Assembly (NCBI GenBank): GCA_028715215.1
Contig: JAQUSF010000001.1
Span: forward strand, 797-64,796
DNA: 64,000 bases
Reading direction: 5' to 3'
DNA from: Candidatus Zixiibacteriota bacterium
Lineage (GTDB): Bacteria; Zixibacteria; MSB-5A5; GN15; FEB-12
A model generated the notes under the pieces. It was not told the origin of the DNA. It ran no database searches and worked only from the letters and a program-made list of their open reading frames with translations. Below, piece by piece: positions 35,427 through 45,556 of the stretch. Each line of letters opens with the position of its first letter. The first letter of the stretch is position 1. The position numbers and the translations under genes were made by a program.

Positions 35427-35612
35427 CTAATAAATAATACTCCCACTCGAAAAAATATTAGCTACGGCGACCAGCATGATGAAAATAAAACACAGAGGAT
35501 ATAAAACGGCAGCAAATTTGCTCGTTTTCATATTATAAATAACTCCCAGCCCGATAGCCGTAACCAGAATACGCCAAATTGAAAACTGGATACCTGTATA
35601 TTGCCGCCGCAT
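35427..35612 (-). CDS. small hydrophobic protein (two predicted TM helices), hypothetical
   Basis: 61-aa ORF with two hydrophobic stretches (ILVTAIGLGVIY, AAVLYPLCFIFIMLVAVANIF). No homology is recognisable, so this is a weak call. Confidence 0.25.
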   Translation of the reverse strand: MRRQYTGIQFSIWRILVTAIGLGVIYNMKTSKFAAVLYPLCFIFIMLVAVANIFSSGSIIY

Positions 35613-35659
35613 AAAAAGACGAAAAAGACCGCAGTTATCATATGAGAAATTTATAATAA

Positions 35660-37345
35660 TTAGTCTTGAGTTTTCTCTATTTTAGCCCAGCTGTCACGAA
35701 GACCAACAGTACGGTTAAAAACCAGATTCCCCGGTTTAGAATCTACCGTATCGATACAGAAATAACCGTGCCTTAAAAACTGGAAGCGACTTCCCTCAGG
35801 AGTATCAGCCAGCCCCGGTTCGACCTTGCACCCGGCAATAACTTCCAGGGAATGGGGATTGAGGTTAGCGATAAAATCCTCATCCTCGAGGGGATTTTCT
35901 TTAAGGAACAATCGGTCATATAAGCGCACAGTGGCATCCACAGCGTGTGCCGCTGAAACCCAGTGCAGAGTACCTTTCACTTTCCGGCCATCCTGGGCTT
36001 CACCGCTTTTAGTCCTGGGGTCATAGGAACAATGCAGTTCCACGACTTCACCCCGGTCGTTCTTAATGACCTTTTCACATTTAATAAAGTAAGCATGCTT
36101 CAGGCGGACCTCGGTTCCGGGCGACAAACGGAAATATTTTTTGGGGGGATTCTCACGGAAATCTTCCTGTTCGATATATATTTCCCGGCTGAAGGGAATT
36201 TTCCTGGTGCCGGCGTCGGGGTCTTCAGGATTATTTATCGCCTCCAGTGCTTCGACCTTATTTTCAGGGTAGTTATCGATAATCACTTTGAGAGGTTTCA
36301 ATACGGCCATGACGCGGGGCGCTCTTTTGTTGAGGTCTTCGCGAAGAATATGTTCCAGCAAGGCAACATCAACAATACTCTCGCGTTTGGCGGCGCCGAT
36401 CCGGTCACAGAATTTACGGATTGCTTCGGGCGTGTAACCGCGGCGGCGCAAACCCGAAAGTGTGGGCATCCGGGGGTCGTCCCAGCCGCTGACATGATTA
36501 CCCCGTACCAGCTGAATCAGCCGGCGTTTGCTTAAAATGGTATAGGTCAGGTTCAAACGGGCGAATTCTATCTGCTGGGGATGATGAATACCGAGCTGTT
36601 CGATGAACCAGTCGTATAACGGGCGATGGTCTTCGAAACTGATATCACACATCGAATGAGTGATCCCCTCGATGGAATCGCACTGGCCATGAGCCCAGTC
36701 ATACATTGGGTATATACACCACTTATCGCCGGTACGATGATGCGTGGCGTGCAGAATACGGTACATGACCGGGTCGCGCATATTCAGGTTACCGGAAGCC
36801 ATATCGATTCTGGAGCGCAGAACCTTAGCGCCATCGGGGAATTCACCCGCCCGCATACGGGCAAAGAGGTCCAGGTTTTCTTCCACCGACCGGTTACGAT
36901 AGGGACTTTCTTTACCCGGTTCGGTCAGGGTACCGCGGTACTGTTTAATCTGCTCGGCGCTGAGGTCATCGACATAAGCCTTGCCGTCCCGTATCAATTT
37001 AACGGCAAATTCATAAAGCTGCTCGAAATAATCCGAGGCATAGTACTCCCGGTTTTCCCAGTCGAAACCCAGCCAGCGGATATCCTTTTTAATCATCTCC
37101 ACGTAATGGGTTTCTTCCTTAACCGGGTTGGTATCGTCAAAGCGCAGGTTGTATTTGCCGCCGTACTCCTCAGCCAGACCGTAATCCAGGCAGATGGCTT
37201 TGGCATGACCGATATGCAGGTAGCCGTTCGGTTCCGGGGGGAAACGGGTATGGACGCGCCCGTTATTCTTGTTATTTTTAATATCCTCTTCGATTATATC
37301 GCGGATAAAATTACTTGGCCGGCTAAGTTCGTTTCCTTCAGACAT
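35660..37345 (-). CDS. glnS: glutaminyl-tRNA synthetase
   Basis: [10 protein letters not shown]....[22 protein letters not shown] (HIGH motif), ..LSKRRL.. (KMSKS-like) and the C-terminal anticodon-binding barrels. ATG 37345 has AAAGGA 10 nt upstream and is preferred to TTG 37351. Confidence 0.93.
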   Translation of the reverse strand: MSEGNELSRPSNFIRDIIEEDIKNNKNNGRVHTRFPPEPNGYLHIGHAKAICLDYGLAEEYGGKYNLRFDDTNPVKEETHYVEMIKKDIRWLGFDWENREYYASDYFEQLYEFAVKLIRDGKAYVDDLSAEQIKQYRGTLTEPGKESPYRNRSVEENLDLFARMRAGEFPDGAKVLRSRIDMASGNLNMRDPVMYRILHATHHRTGDKWCIYPMYDWAHGQCDSIEGITHSMCDISFEDHRPLYDWFIEQLGIHHPQQIEFARLNLTYTILSKRRLIQLVRGNHVSGWDDPRMPTLSGLRRRGYTPEAIRKFCDRIGAAKRESIVDVALLEHILREDLNKRAPRVMAVLKPLKVIIDNYPENKVEALEAINNPEDPDAGTRKIPFSREIYIEQEDFRENPPKKYFRLSPGTEVRLKHAYFIKCEKVIKNDRGEVVELHCSYDPRTKSGEAQDGRKVKGTLHWVSAAHAVDATVRLYDRLFLKENPLEDEDFIANLNPHSLEVIAGCKVEPGLADTPEGSRFQFLRHGYFCIDTVDSKPGNLVFNRTVGLRDSWAKIEKTQD

Positions 37346-37500
37346 AACCAATATTTCCTTTAATACCTTAATGGTTCCATCCTACATTATTTCGACCGGG
37401 ATATGAATAAATTCACTCCCCCGGCAAAGGGGCAATTTATTATTTCAAGGGCTTGTGGGCAAGAAGGAACTGAGCCGGACAAACAAAATAACCGGGTGGT

Positions 37501-38946
37501 TCAACCCGGGCGGTTAATAAAAGCCACCGCTTTACGCATTCGTTCCACGACTACCGGTTGCGAAAGAACTTCCAGCAGGTCATAAAGCCCAGGCCCGGCT
37601 GAGACCCCGGAAACCGCCAGCCGGGTGGGATGAATAAGCATGGCTTTTTTAAGCCCTTTTTCATCAGCCAGTTCCGAAAGCGTCGCTTCGATCGAAACTT
37701 TATCAAAAGTTTCCAGTTTTTCAAAGCGATCAGCCAGTTCGGACAGAAGCCCGGCGGCTTCGGGATGAAAATGCTTTTGGGCCGCCTGTTCATCGTACTT
37801 ATAATCAAAACTGAAAAAATACCCGCCTATTGCTACAAAGTCGGAAAGGCGTTTGACGCGTTCTTTAAGAACCGCAACTACCTGTCGAAGATACGTCCAG
37901 CGGGTTTCCAGCCAGTATTTGGTAGTCAGACCGGCATCCACCAGAAGGGGGGCTACCATTACCGCCAGTTCATGGTCAGACTTCATCTGGATATGGGCAT
38001 GGTTGAAAGCCAGCAGTTTTTCTTCGTCGAACACGGCATTGGCACTGTTAAAGTTATTCTTATCAAACAGCTCTATCAGTTCTTCACGGGTGTATATTTC
38101 CCGGTCGTTTTTGGGCGACCAGCCGAGCAAGCACAGGTAATTAAACATGGTTTCCGGAAGGATGCCCTCCTTTTTATATTCAGCCACATCCTTATCCCCA
38201 AGCCGCTTGGAAACTTTCCGTTTGTCCGGTCTTAAAATCAGGGGCACATGCCCGAATTCGGGAATTTTCAAATCCAGAGCCCGATAGATATGCATCTGTT
38301 TGAAGGTATTGCTGATATGGTCGTTGCCGCGAATTATATGCGTGATGCCCATCTCATGGTCATCAACCACTACCGCCAGGTTGTAAGTCGGCGTCCCGTC
38401 GGAACGGGCAATTATCAAATCTTCAATGTCTTCATTTTTTTTGGAAATGCGGCCGGATACCAGGTCATCAAAAGAAGTCTCCCCTTCGGGTATGCGCAAA
38501 CGGACCGCATATCCGGCACCGGCATCAATACGGCGTTGAATCTCCTCGGGCGGCAGCTGGATAAAATTCTCGCGGTAATAGAAAGACCGTTTTTCCGCAA
38601 GAGCTTTCTGGCGGGCGGCTTCAAGTTCTTCAGCGGTTACATAAGAACAGTAGGCATAACCGGTATCGATAAGCTGCTGGACGTATTTATTATAAATTTC
38701 CGTCCGCTGTGACTGGTACAGGATTTCTTCGTCCCAGTCCAGTCCCAGCCACTTCAGAGCTTCAAGAATGGGTTCGATCAGTTCGGAGCGGGAGCGTTCG
38801 ACATCGGTATCTTCGATGCGTATTAAAAACCGGCCGCCATAATGGCGGGCAAACAGATAGTTGGCAATGGCCGTGCGGGCGGTACCGACGTGTAAATACC
38901 CCGTCGGTGACGGCGCAATTCGTACTCGCACCGGTGTCTGATTCAT
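37501..38946 (-). CDS. gltX: glutamyl-tRNA synthetase
   Basis: VRVRIAPSPTGYLHVGTARTA..N.LFAR...G.F.LRIEDTD..R, then ..KVSKRLG (KMSKS). Confidence 0.95.
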   Translation of the reverse strand: MNQTPVRVRIAPSPTGYLHVGTARTAIANYLFARHYGGRFLIRIEDTDVERSRSELIEPILEALKWLGLDWDEEILYQSQRTEIYNKYVQQLIDTGYAYCSYVTAEELEAARQKALAEKRSFYYRENFIQLPPEEIQRRIDAGAGYAVRLRIPEGETSFDDLVSGRISKKNEDIEDLIIARSDGTPTYNLAVVVDDHEMGITHIIRGNDHISNTFKQMHIYRALDLKIPEFGHVPLILRPDKRKVSKRLGDKDVAEYKKEGILPETMFNYLCLLGWSPKNDREIYTREELIELFDKNNFNSANAVFDEEKLLAFNHAHIQMKSDHELAVMVAPLLVDAGLTTKYWLETRWTYLRQVVAVLKERVKRLSDFVAIGGYFFSFDYKYDEQAAQKHFHPEAAGLLSELADRFEKLETFDKVSIEATLSELADEKGLKKAMLIHPTRLAVSGVSAGPGLYDLLEVLSQPVVVERMRKAVAFINRPG

Positions 38947-38961
38947 AAGACCGTATCTATC

Positions 38962-39450
38962 TTATTCTTTTCTGTCGGGTTCATCACCGGCAGTATGGGG
39001 CGGTTCCGCAGGCGGCGTTGACGGCAATACGGAAGGTATCGCCTGAGACGGCTGGGGCGGGGGCGGTGGAGAAGCGGGATAGCCGTAGCCATACGAGGGA
39101 AGATGCGAAGCCGGTTGAGTCGCCTGGACAACCGGGTTGAATTCAAACTCCAGACCGCCGACTAATTTGGCTATCAGGTTATATATAAAACCAAAGACCA
39201 CCAAAAAGAGGGTGTGAAAGATGGCGGCACCGACAGCACACATAAAAGGGAAAATAAGAACCATCGCGCCTACCGGCATATCCACATCTCTGAATTCCGA
39301 CCCGGCAAAAGGCAGATTGCCCATGATGGTTATAATAAAACCAAACAAGAGGGCATACAGTAAACCCATGATAAATCCAACCACCAGGTTAAAAAAGAAA
39401 GAAATCTTTACCAGCGGCCATAGCCCTATGGTTTTTAATTCATAATGCAT
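38962..39450 (-). CDS. small polytopic membrane protein (DUF3566-like by memory) with a Pro-rich C-terminal tail
   Basis: ..TIGLWPLVKISFFFNLVVGFIMGLLYALLFGFI.., three to four hydrophobic helices and a tail of ..PASPPPPPQPSQAIPSVLPSTPPAEPP.. The family assignment is tentative. Confidence 0.5.
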   Translation of the reverse strand: MHYELKTIGLWPLVKISFFFNLVVGFIMGLLYALLFGFIITIMGNLPFAGSEFRDVDMPVGAMVLIFPFMCAVGAAIFHTLFLVVFGFIYNLIAKLVGGLEFEFNPVVQATQPASHLPSYGYGYPASPPPPPQPSQAIPSVLPSTPPAEPPHTAGDEPDRKE

Positions 39451-39525
39451 AACTCTCCCTTTTTTGTATTAAATTAAATTCTCCATAAAAAAGCTCAGCA
39501 TATAAACCTCAAAGCATCCATATCA

Positions 39526-41634
39526 TCAACAAGGCTTGACGATAAAACGGGCATCCACGGCTTTGCATTTATCTTTATGCGAAGATACGATAAAAGGATT
39601 TATATCAATTTCTGTGAAACAGTCGAAGTCTTTCACCAGTTGCGACAGGCGGAGAATAGTTTCCTCGACCGTGGGCAGATGAACCGGCGGTGCTCCGCGG
39701 AAACCGGTGAGAAGCGGGTAAGACCGGAGTGATTTTATCATCTCCCGGGCACCGCGGTCGGTCACCGGATTGATGCGAAAAGAAACATCTTTCATGATTT
39801 CGACATAAATCCCCCCCAGACCGAACATAATCAGCGGCCCGAAAGACGGGTCAATCGTCATGCCGATTACGGTTTCCACTTCGCCGATAACCATCTTTTG
39901 TATCGCTACTGAAAACACTTCATCTTTTTTAAGGCGGCCCACGCGCTTGCGAAGTTCCTGGAAAGCCTTTTTAACCTCGGTGTCGGAACGAAGGTCAACC
40001 ATTACGCCGCCGATTTCGGTTTTATGCAATATAGCGGGGGTGTTGATTTTCATGACAACCGGGTAACCGGTTTTCCTCGCCACCGCCACCGCCTGTTTTT
40101 CGTCATCGGCAAACAGATACTCCGCCGCCGGGATACCATAGGCAGTGAGAATTTCAATCGCCTTATCGCCGACGATTATTCCCTCTTTACCATTTAGTGT
40201 CCGGGCAATAATCTGTTCAACTTTTTTACTGTCCACCTTGAAGTTCTTAAATTTTCCTTTGGGACGGTCCAGCCACTTTCGATATTTATACAGAATAGCC
40301 AGGGTCTTAGCCACGGCTTCGGGAAAGATATAGGTGGGTATCCCGTGTGCTTTAAGGTAATCGATACCGACCGTACTTTCGCCGGCGCCGAAGAAACAGG
40401 CCAGGACGGTTTTATCCGTATCGGCCAGAGCGGACTGGATATTCTGAGCGACCTCAAGTTCGTCGATGGTGACCGGCGGAACAAAAATGGGCATGATGGC
40501 ATCATAACGTTTATCTTTTTTAACGATATCCAAAGTCAATTTGAATTCCTTACCTCCGGCACCGGCGACCATATCCATCGGGTTGGAAAACGAGGCTTCG
40601 GTCGACACAAACTTTTTAAATTCCCGGATGGTGGTATTTTCCAGGGGCGGCATTTCCAGGCCGTTATTAATCAGGGCGTCCGTAGCCAGAATACCCGGTC
40701 CCCCGGCGTTGGATACTACGATAACCCGGTTACTTCTGGGAATCGGCTGCATGGACATTGCCGCCGCGACATCAAACAGTTCCTCCACCGTATCAACCCG
40801 AATGACTCCCGCCTGGTCAAACAGGGCATCCACCCCGACATCAAGACCTGCCAGCGCCCCGGTATGTGACGAGGCCGCTTTGGCGCCAAGTTTAGTGCGT
40901 CCCGATTTGACCGCCACAATCGGTTTTATCTGTGACACCTCGCGGGCAATCTGCGTAAAATGACGGGGGTTACCGAAGTTCTCAAGATACATCAGAATGA
41001 CGTCGGTCAACGGGTCATCCTTGAAATACTCCAGAATATCATTGGAAGAAATATCCGCCTTGTTGCCTATGGAAGCTACCACCGAGAACCCGATGCCCAG
41101 CTCTTTGGCCTGGCTCATAATCGCTTCGCCCATTCCTCCAGACTGGGTAATAAAACCGATTTTACCCTGCTTGGGAAAGGTTTTGCCGAAAGTAGCATTC
41201 AAACTCACTTTGGGGTCGGTATTGACAATACCGAAACAATTGGGACCAACCATTCTCATCCCATAACGGCGGACAACTTCCAGCAGGTCATTTTCAAGCT
41301 TCTTGCCGGCCGGACCAACCTCGGAAAAACCGGCGGAAATGACCACCAGACCCTTGACCCCTTTTTCCCCGCATTGCCGGGCAACGTCCCGGACAGATTC
41401 CTTGGGAACGATGACAATCGCCAGGTCCACCGCATCAGGAACATCCAGAATGGTAGAATAAGCTTTAATGGAATGAATCACCGAGGCTTTGGGGTTGACC
41501 GGGAATACCTTGCCATTGAACTCGGCGGTCAGAATATTATGCAGGGTCTCCCGCCCGATAGTGCTTTTCCGGGTCGAAGCGCCTATGACCGCCACTGAAG
41601 TCGGCCGGAATATATAATCCAATTCATGTCTCAC
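39526..41634 (-). CDS. ADP-forming acetyl-CoA (acyl-CoA) synthetase, fused alpha/beta subunits
   Basis: N-terminal CoA-binding Rossmann SVAVIGAS.....IG......L....F.G.V.PVNPK. Succinyl-CoA-synthetase-like ligase domains (..GPNC.GI.N.., ..SQSGG.., ..GNKADI...D). C-terminal ATP-grasp (..GYPVVMKI....LHKTE.GGV..L). Confidence 0.85.
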   Translation of the reverse strand: MRHELDYIFRPTSVAVIGASTRKSTIGRETLHNILTAEFNGKVFPVNPKASVIHSIKAYSTILDVPDAVDLAIVIVPKESVRDVARQCGEKGVKGLVVISAGFSEVGPAGKKLENDLLEVVRRYGMRMVGPNCFGIVNTDPKVSLNATFGKTFPKQGKIGFITQSGGMGEAIMSQAKELGIGFSVVASIGNKADISSNDILEYFKDDPLTDVILMYLENFGNPRHFTQIAREVSQIKPIVAVKSGRTKLGAKAASSHTGALAGLDVGVDALFDQAGVIRVDTVEELFDVAAAMSMQPIPRSNRVIVVSNAGGPGILATDALINNGLEMPPLENTTIREFKKFVSTEASFSNPMDMVAGAGGKEFKLTLDIVKKDKRYDAIMPIFVPPVTIDELEVAQNIQSALADTDKTVLACFFGAGESTVGIDYLKAHGIPTYIFPEAVAKTLAILYKYRKWLDRPKGKFKNFKVDSKKVEQIIARTLNGKEGIIVGDKAIEILTAYGIPAAEYLFADDEKQAVAVARKTGYPVVMKINTPAILHKTEIGGVMVDLRSDTEVKKAFQELRKRVGRLKKDEVFSVAIQKMVIGEVETVIGMTIDPSFGPLIMFGLGGIYVEIMKDVSFRINPVTDRGAREMIKSLRSYPLLTGFRGAPPVHLPTVEETILRLSQLVKDFDCFTEIDINPFIVSSHKDKCKAVDARFIVKPC

Positions 41635-41805
41635 AGTTTCTTATTCCTGTATTAAATATTTTCAACACCCCTTATCATGAACTTCGTGATTAAAGCCGCA
41701 ATCTGGATATTAAGGGATGGTTCCATCAGAGAATGAATACAAACATCAGTAAATGTCAAGTTAAACCTTCTCCGGACAACATGGCCATAATAACGGCAAA
41801 AGGGC

Positions 41806-41836
41806 TGTCGCATTAAAGCGACGGCCCTTCAGCAAA
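41806..41836 (-). terminator. putative rho-independent terminator after ppdK
   Basis: gggctgtcgc / gcgacggccc 10-bp stem with one G-U pair and a 6-nt loop. A minus-strand TTTT follows. Lies 15 nt after the ppdK stop. Confidence 0.45.
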
Positions 41837-41850
41837 CAGGTTTGATGAAG

Positions 41851-44652
41851 CTATTTTTTAGTTTTGGTTTTCTTCGCCTGATTCGATTCTGGGCGGCCAT
41901 GCCGGATTGTCGCCTGGGCGGCGGCTAAACAGGCAATCGGGACACGGAAAGGTGAACAGGACACGTAATCCAGCCCTGCCCGGTGAAAGAAATCGATGGA
42001 ATCCGGGTCTCCGCCATGTTCCCCGCAAACGCCGACTTTTAGATTCTCACGAACCGACCGGCCCTTTTCTATCCCGATACGAACCAGTTCGCCAACACCC
42101 GACTGGTCGATAGTAACGAAGGGGTCTTTGGGCAGGATGCCTTTCTCAACATAGGGTCCGAGGAATTTCCCGGCATCATCGCGGGAGAAACCCATCGACA
42201 TCTGCGTCATATCATTGGTTCCGAAACTGAAGAATTCAGCCTCGGCGGCGATTTCATCCGCCGTAATAGCCGCCCGCGGAATCTCAATCATCGTCCCCAC
42301 CATGAAATTCAGGTCCTTAACCTTCTGTTTATTGATTATTTCATTAGCAACCCGAAGCACCAGTTCCTTCTGGTTCTTAAACTCATTGACGTGACCCACC
42401 AGGGGAATCATGATTTCCGGATAGACTTTTTTCTTTTCCCTGGCAACTTCACAGGCCGCCATAATAATAGCCCGGACCTGCATCTCGGTAATCTCCGGAT
42501 AGATAATGCCCAGCCGACAACCGCGGTGTCCGAGCATCGGGTTCAACTCCGACAGTTCATCGATCCGTTTAATCGTCCGGTTCAGTTTTTCGAGCCGTTC
42601 TTCATAATCTTCGCTCTTGGGGTCAAGAGCCTTAATTTTGGCTTCAACTTCTTCCTTCCTCGGCAGGAACTCGTGCAGCGGCGGATCCAGTGTCCTAATG
42701 GTCACCGGCTTGTCGTGCATTACATCGAACAAGCCCTTGAAATCTTTTCTCTGGAAAGGCAACAGTTTATCAAGTGCCGCCTGCCGTTCTTCGGGAGTTT
42801 CCGCCAGAATCATCTGTTGAACAATCGGGATGCGGTCTTCGGCAAAGAACATGTGTTCCGTACGACACAAGCCGATACCCTGAGCGCCGAATTTAATAGC
42901 CTGCTCGGCGTCGCGGGGAATATCGGCATTAGCCCTGACTTTGAGCCAGCGGATTTCATCAGCCCAAGTCATCAACTCGGCAAATTCGGGCGAAAATTCC
43001 GGGTCAATCGTGGGTACCTCACCGAGGATAATTTCACCGGTAGAACCGTTCAGCGTGATTACCTCGCCTTCCTTGATAATCAGGCGGCCGACCTGAAATT
43101 GTTTTTTGGCCGGGTTAACCCTGATAGCTTCGGCTCCGGAGACACAACACTTGCCCATCCCGCGCGCCACCACGGCGGCATGGGAGGTCATTCCCCCGCG
43201 GGCGGTTAGAATACCCTTAGCCACATTCATACCTTCGATATCATCAGGATTGGTTTCCTCGCGTACCAGGATGGTATCTTTCTTGGAGCCGTATTTAATG
43301 ACATCCTCGGCCGTAAAATACACTTTTCCCGAAGCGGCACCAGGAGAAGCCGCCAGACCGCGGGCAATGACATCGTACTTGGCGGCCGGGTCGATGCGCG
43401 GATGTAACAACTGGTCGATATTATGCGGCTCAATACGCATAATGGCTTCTTCCTTGGTAATCAGTTTTTCCTTGACCATGTCCACGGCGATTTTTATTGC
43501 AGCCTGCACCGTGCGTTTCCCGTTACGGGTTTGCAGCATGTACAGCTTGCCCTGCTGAATGGTGAACTCGAAATCCTGAACGTCGCGATAATGCCTTTCC
43601 AGCCGGTTGGTGATATCCCTCAACTGTTTGTAAATATCGGGCATATCGTGGGCGAGTTCCTTGATCGGCTGTGGAGTGCGGATTCCCGCCACCACGTCTT
43701 CACCCTGAGCGTTGGTCAAAAACTCGCCATAAAATTCCTTTTCGCCCGTCGCGGGATTACGGGTAAAACCGACGCCGGTTCCCGAATCATTACCCATATT
43801 CCCGAAGACCATCACCTGGACATTAACGGCGGTCCCCAGATTAGCGGGGATATTGTTCAAACGGCGATAGGTAATAGCCCGGGGATTGTTCCAGCTGCGA
43901 AAAACAGCGTCCCGAGACATCCGCAACTGGATATAGGGGTCATCGGGAAAGTTTTCACCCGTCTTACGCTTGATAATCGCCTTGAATTTCTTGATTATCT
44001 CTTTCAGGTCATTCACCTGGAGAGAACTGTCCTGCTTGATCCGCCGGTTCTTTTTCAGCTTAGTGATGACTTCTTCGAACTTATCCTTGTCCAGCCCCAG
44101 CACGACATTTCCGAACATGGCAATAAACCGGCGATAGTTGTCCAGAGCAAACCAGAGGTTTTTGGTTTTATCGGCAATGCCCTTGACGGTTTCTTCATTC
44201 AAGCCCAGGTTAAGCACCGTGTCCATCATCCCGGGCATGGAAAACTTGGCGCCGGAACGGACCGAGACCAGGAGCGGGTTGGCGGGGTCGCCAAATTTGG
44301 TGCCGGTTTCCTTCTCCAGCATAGCCACGTATTTTTCAAGCTCCTTATCGATAGCCTTGGGGATTTCCATGCTATTTTCATAAAAAAGGGTACAGACTTC
44401 GGTGGTAATAGTGAAACCTGGAGGAACCGGGATGCCGGCATTGGTCATTTCCGCCAGGTTGGCGCCTTTCCCGCCCAGAAGGTCCTTCATGTGAGCGGCG
44501 CCATCAGCTTTACCGCCGCCGAAGTAATAATAATACTTCTTCTCTGACCCGCTTGTCTTTGTGGCGGTTTTGGCATCCGCCCCGGCTTTCTTTTTGGGGA
44601 TGTTTTTCTTAACCGCCGTTTTTGGTGACTTAACTGTTTTCTTAACCGGCAT
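41851..44652 (-). CDS. ppdK: pyruvate, phosphate dikinase with a Lys-rich N-terminal extension
   Basis: ..YYYFGGGKADG....KDLLGGKGANLAEM...G.PVPPGFTI, phospho-His loop ..TARGGMTSHAAVVARG.GK.CV.G and PEP-utiliser TIM barrel ..GLCRTEHMF.. / ..FFSFGTNDMTQ... The first about 38 aa are KKTVKSPKTAVKKNIPKKKAG... Confidence 0.95.
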   Translation of the reverse strand: MPVKKTVKSPKTAVKKNIPKKKAGADAKTATKTSGSEKKYYYYFGGGKADGAAHMKDLLGGKGANLAEMTNAGIPVPPGFTITTEVCTLFYENSMEIPKAIDKELEKYVAMLEKETGTKFGDPANPLLVSVRSGAKFSMPGMMDTVLNLGLNEETVKGIADKTKNLWFALDNYRRFIAMFGNVVLGLDKDKFEEVITKLKKNRRIKQDSSLQVNDLKEIIKKFKAIIKRKTGENFPDDPYIQLRMSRDAVFRSWNNPRAITYRRLNNIPANLGTAVNVQVMVFGNMGNDSGTGVGFTRNPATGEKEFYGEFLTNAQGEDVVAGIRTPQPIKELAHDMPDIYKQLRDITNRLERHYRDVQDFEFTIQQGKLYMLQTRNGKRTVQAAIKIAVDMVKEKLITKEEAIMRIEPHNIDQLLHPRIDPAAKYDVIARGLAASPGAASGKVYFTAEDVIKYGSKKDTILVREETNPDDIEGMNVAKGILTARGGMTSHAAVVARGMGKCCVSGAEAIRVNPAKKQFQVGRLIIKEGEVITLNGSTGEIILGEVPTIDPEFSPEFAELMTWADEIRWLKVRANADIPRDAEQAIKFGAQGIGLCRTEHMFFAEDRIPIVQQMILAETPEERQAALDKLLPFQRKDFKGLFDVMHDKPVTIRTLDPPLHEFLPRKEEVEAKIKALDPKSEDYEERLEKLNRTIKRIDELSELNPMLGHRGCRLGIIYPEITEMQVRAIIMAACEVAREKKKVYPEIMIPLVGHVNEFKNQKELVLRVANEIINKQKVKDLNFMVGTMIEIPRAAITADEIAAEAEFFSFGTNDMTQMSMGFSRDDAGKFLGPYVEKGILPKDPFVTIDQSGVGELVRIGIEKGRSVRENLKVGVCGEHGGDPDSIDFFHRAGLDYVSCSPFRVPIACLAAAQATIRHGRPESNQAKKTKTKK

Positions 44653-44735
44653 AATGACTCCTTGTATATTTATAAACTCTTTTCCGTATATAAAAAATCG
44701 TTTTAATTTATTAAAAAAATTATTAAAGGCAATAT

Positions 44736-44770
44736 AAAAGGCGGCCGGGAATAAAGTATTTCCGACCGCC
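44736..44770 (-). terminator. putative terminator after the small basic-protein gene
   Basis: Imperfect inverted repeat ggcggccggga / tccgaccgcc with a 10-nt loop. A minus-strand TTTT follows (complement of 44736-44739). Confidence 0.4.
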
Positions 44771-44795
44771 CAAATTTTTAAAAAAGAGGTGCGAA

Positions 44796-45155
44796 TTACA
44801 TGGTGAACATCCGCTCACCCCGAATAATTTTCTCCAGCATTTTAACCGTTTTTTCAACCGGAGCATGCATCAAATCGGCCGTGTTAAAAGTCGTCCGAAC
44901 CACCTCCCGGGGAGCTGTGAAACTTGATTTCCCCCGCCCGCCACGGGCTTTTTTCTTGTGTGTCAGATTATACTGGCGTTGGTACTCTTTGGCTTTTTCC
45001 TTGTGCATTTGATAATACCGTCGCTGGTATTCCCTTCTTGCTTCAGCTGTTGACAGCTTGGCTTTTGAAACCCCTTTTGCCCTGGGCTTGCTTTCAGGCT
45101 GTAATTCCACTTCTGATGGGGCGCTCTTCCTCATTCGCGCCATTAGCCACCTCAC
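44796..45155 (-). CDS. hypothetical highly basic protein
   Basis: 119-aa ORF, K/R-rich with a Y/Q/K/E-rich helix (AEARREYQRRYYQMHKEKAKEYQRQYNLTHKKKARGGRGK). It is bracketed by hairpin terminators. No family recognised. Confidence 0.4.
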   Translation of the reverse strand: MRWLMARMRKSAPSEVELQPESKPRAKGVSKAKLSTAEARREYQRRYYQMHKEKAKEYQRQYNLTHKKKARGGRGKSSFTAPREVVRTTFNTADLMHAPVEKTVKMLEKIIRGERMFTM

Positions 45156-45495
45156 TTTCCCTGTGGTTAATATTGCTACCCTTTTTATCTATTGATTTAA
45201 AATCCGTTCCTCACACAGTAGAAAGGTAGGAAAATAATGCCTGTATGTCAAGCAAAATTTTACTTTTTTTTAAATTTTCTTTTAATAACCCTCCATAGAC
45301 CAAAGACTTAAAAATTTACTATATTTATGAATATATAACTTATTGCTAATCATAATATTGTCAACGCCTTTTAAATCCTTGAGATTCAATCTAAATTCAA
45401 TTTCAGACCCCATTTTTAACATACACCAAAAACTATACTTCGCTAATCCCCTATTTTATATAGATATATACTACTTTTTTCGATAGAAGTTCAAT

Positions 45496-45535
45496 AAAAA
45501 AATCCCGTCTTTTAAATAAAAAAAAACGGGATTTT
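45496..45535 (-). terminator. rho-independent terminator closing the 12-gene membrane-cassette operon
   Basis: aaaatcccgt / acgggatttt 10-bp stem with a 17-nt A-rich loop. A T-run follows on the minus strand. Lies 22 nt after the stop of the last cassette gene. Confidence 0.55.
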
Positions 45536-45556
45536 TATAATCAGATTATGAGCTTG

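Noticed and set aside
35826-37363. Plus-strand ORFs 35963-36535 (190 aa) and 36626-37363 (245 aa)
   Set aside because: They are antisense to glnS and have no independent support.
39860-41598. Plus-strand ORFs 40345-40869, 40541-40963 and 40960-41598
   Set aside because: They are antisense to the ADP-forming acetyl-CoA synthetase gene, whose frame carries the CoA-binding, ligase and ATP-grasp motifs.
42391-44547. Long plus-strand ORFs 42391-43209 (272 aa) and 43423-44547 (374 aa)
   Set aside because: They are antisense to ppdK, which is unambiguous. They carry no motifs or RBS.
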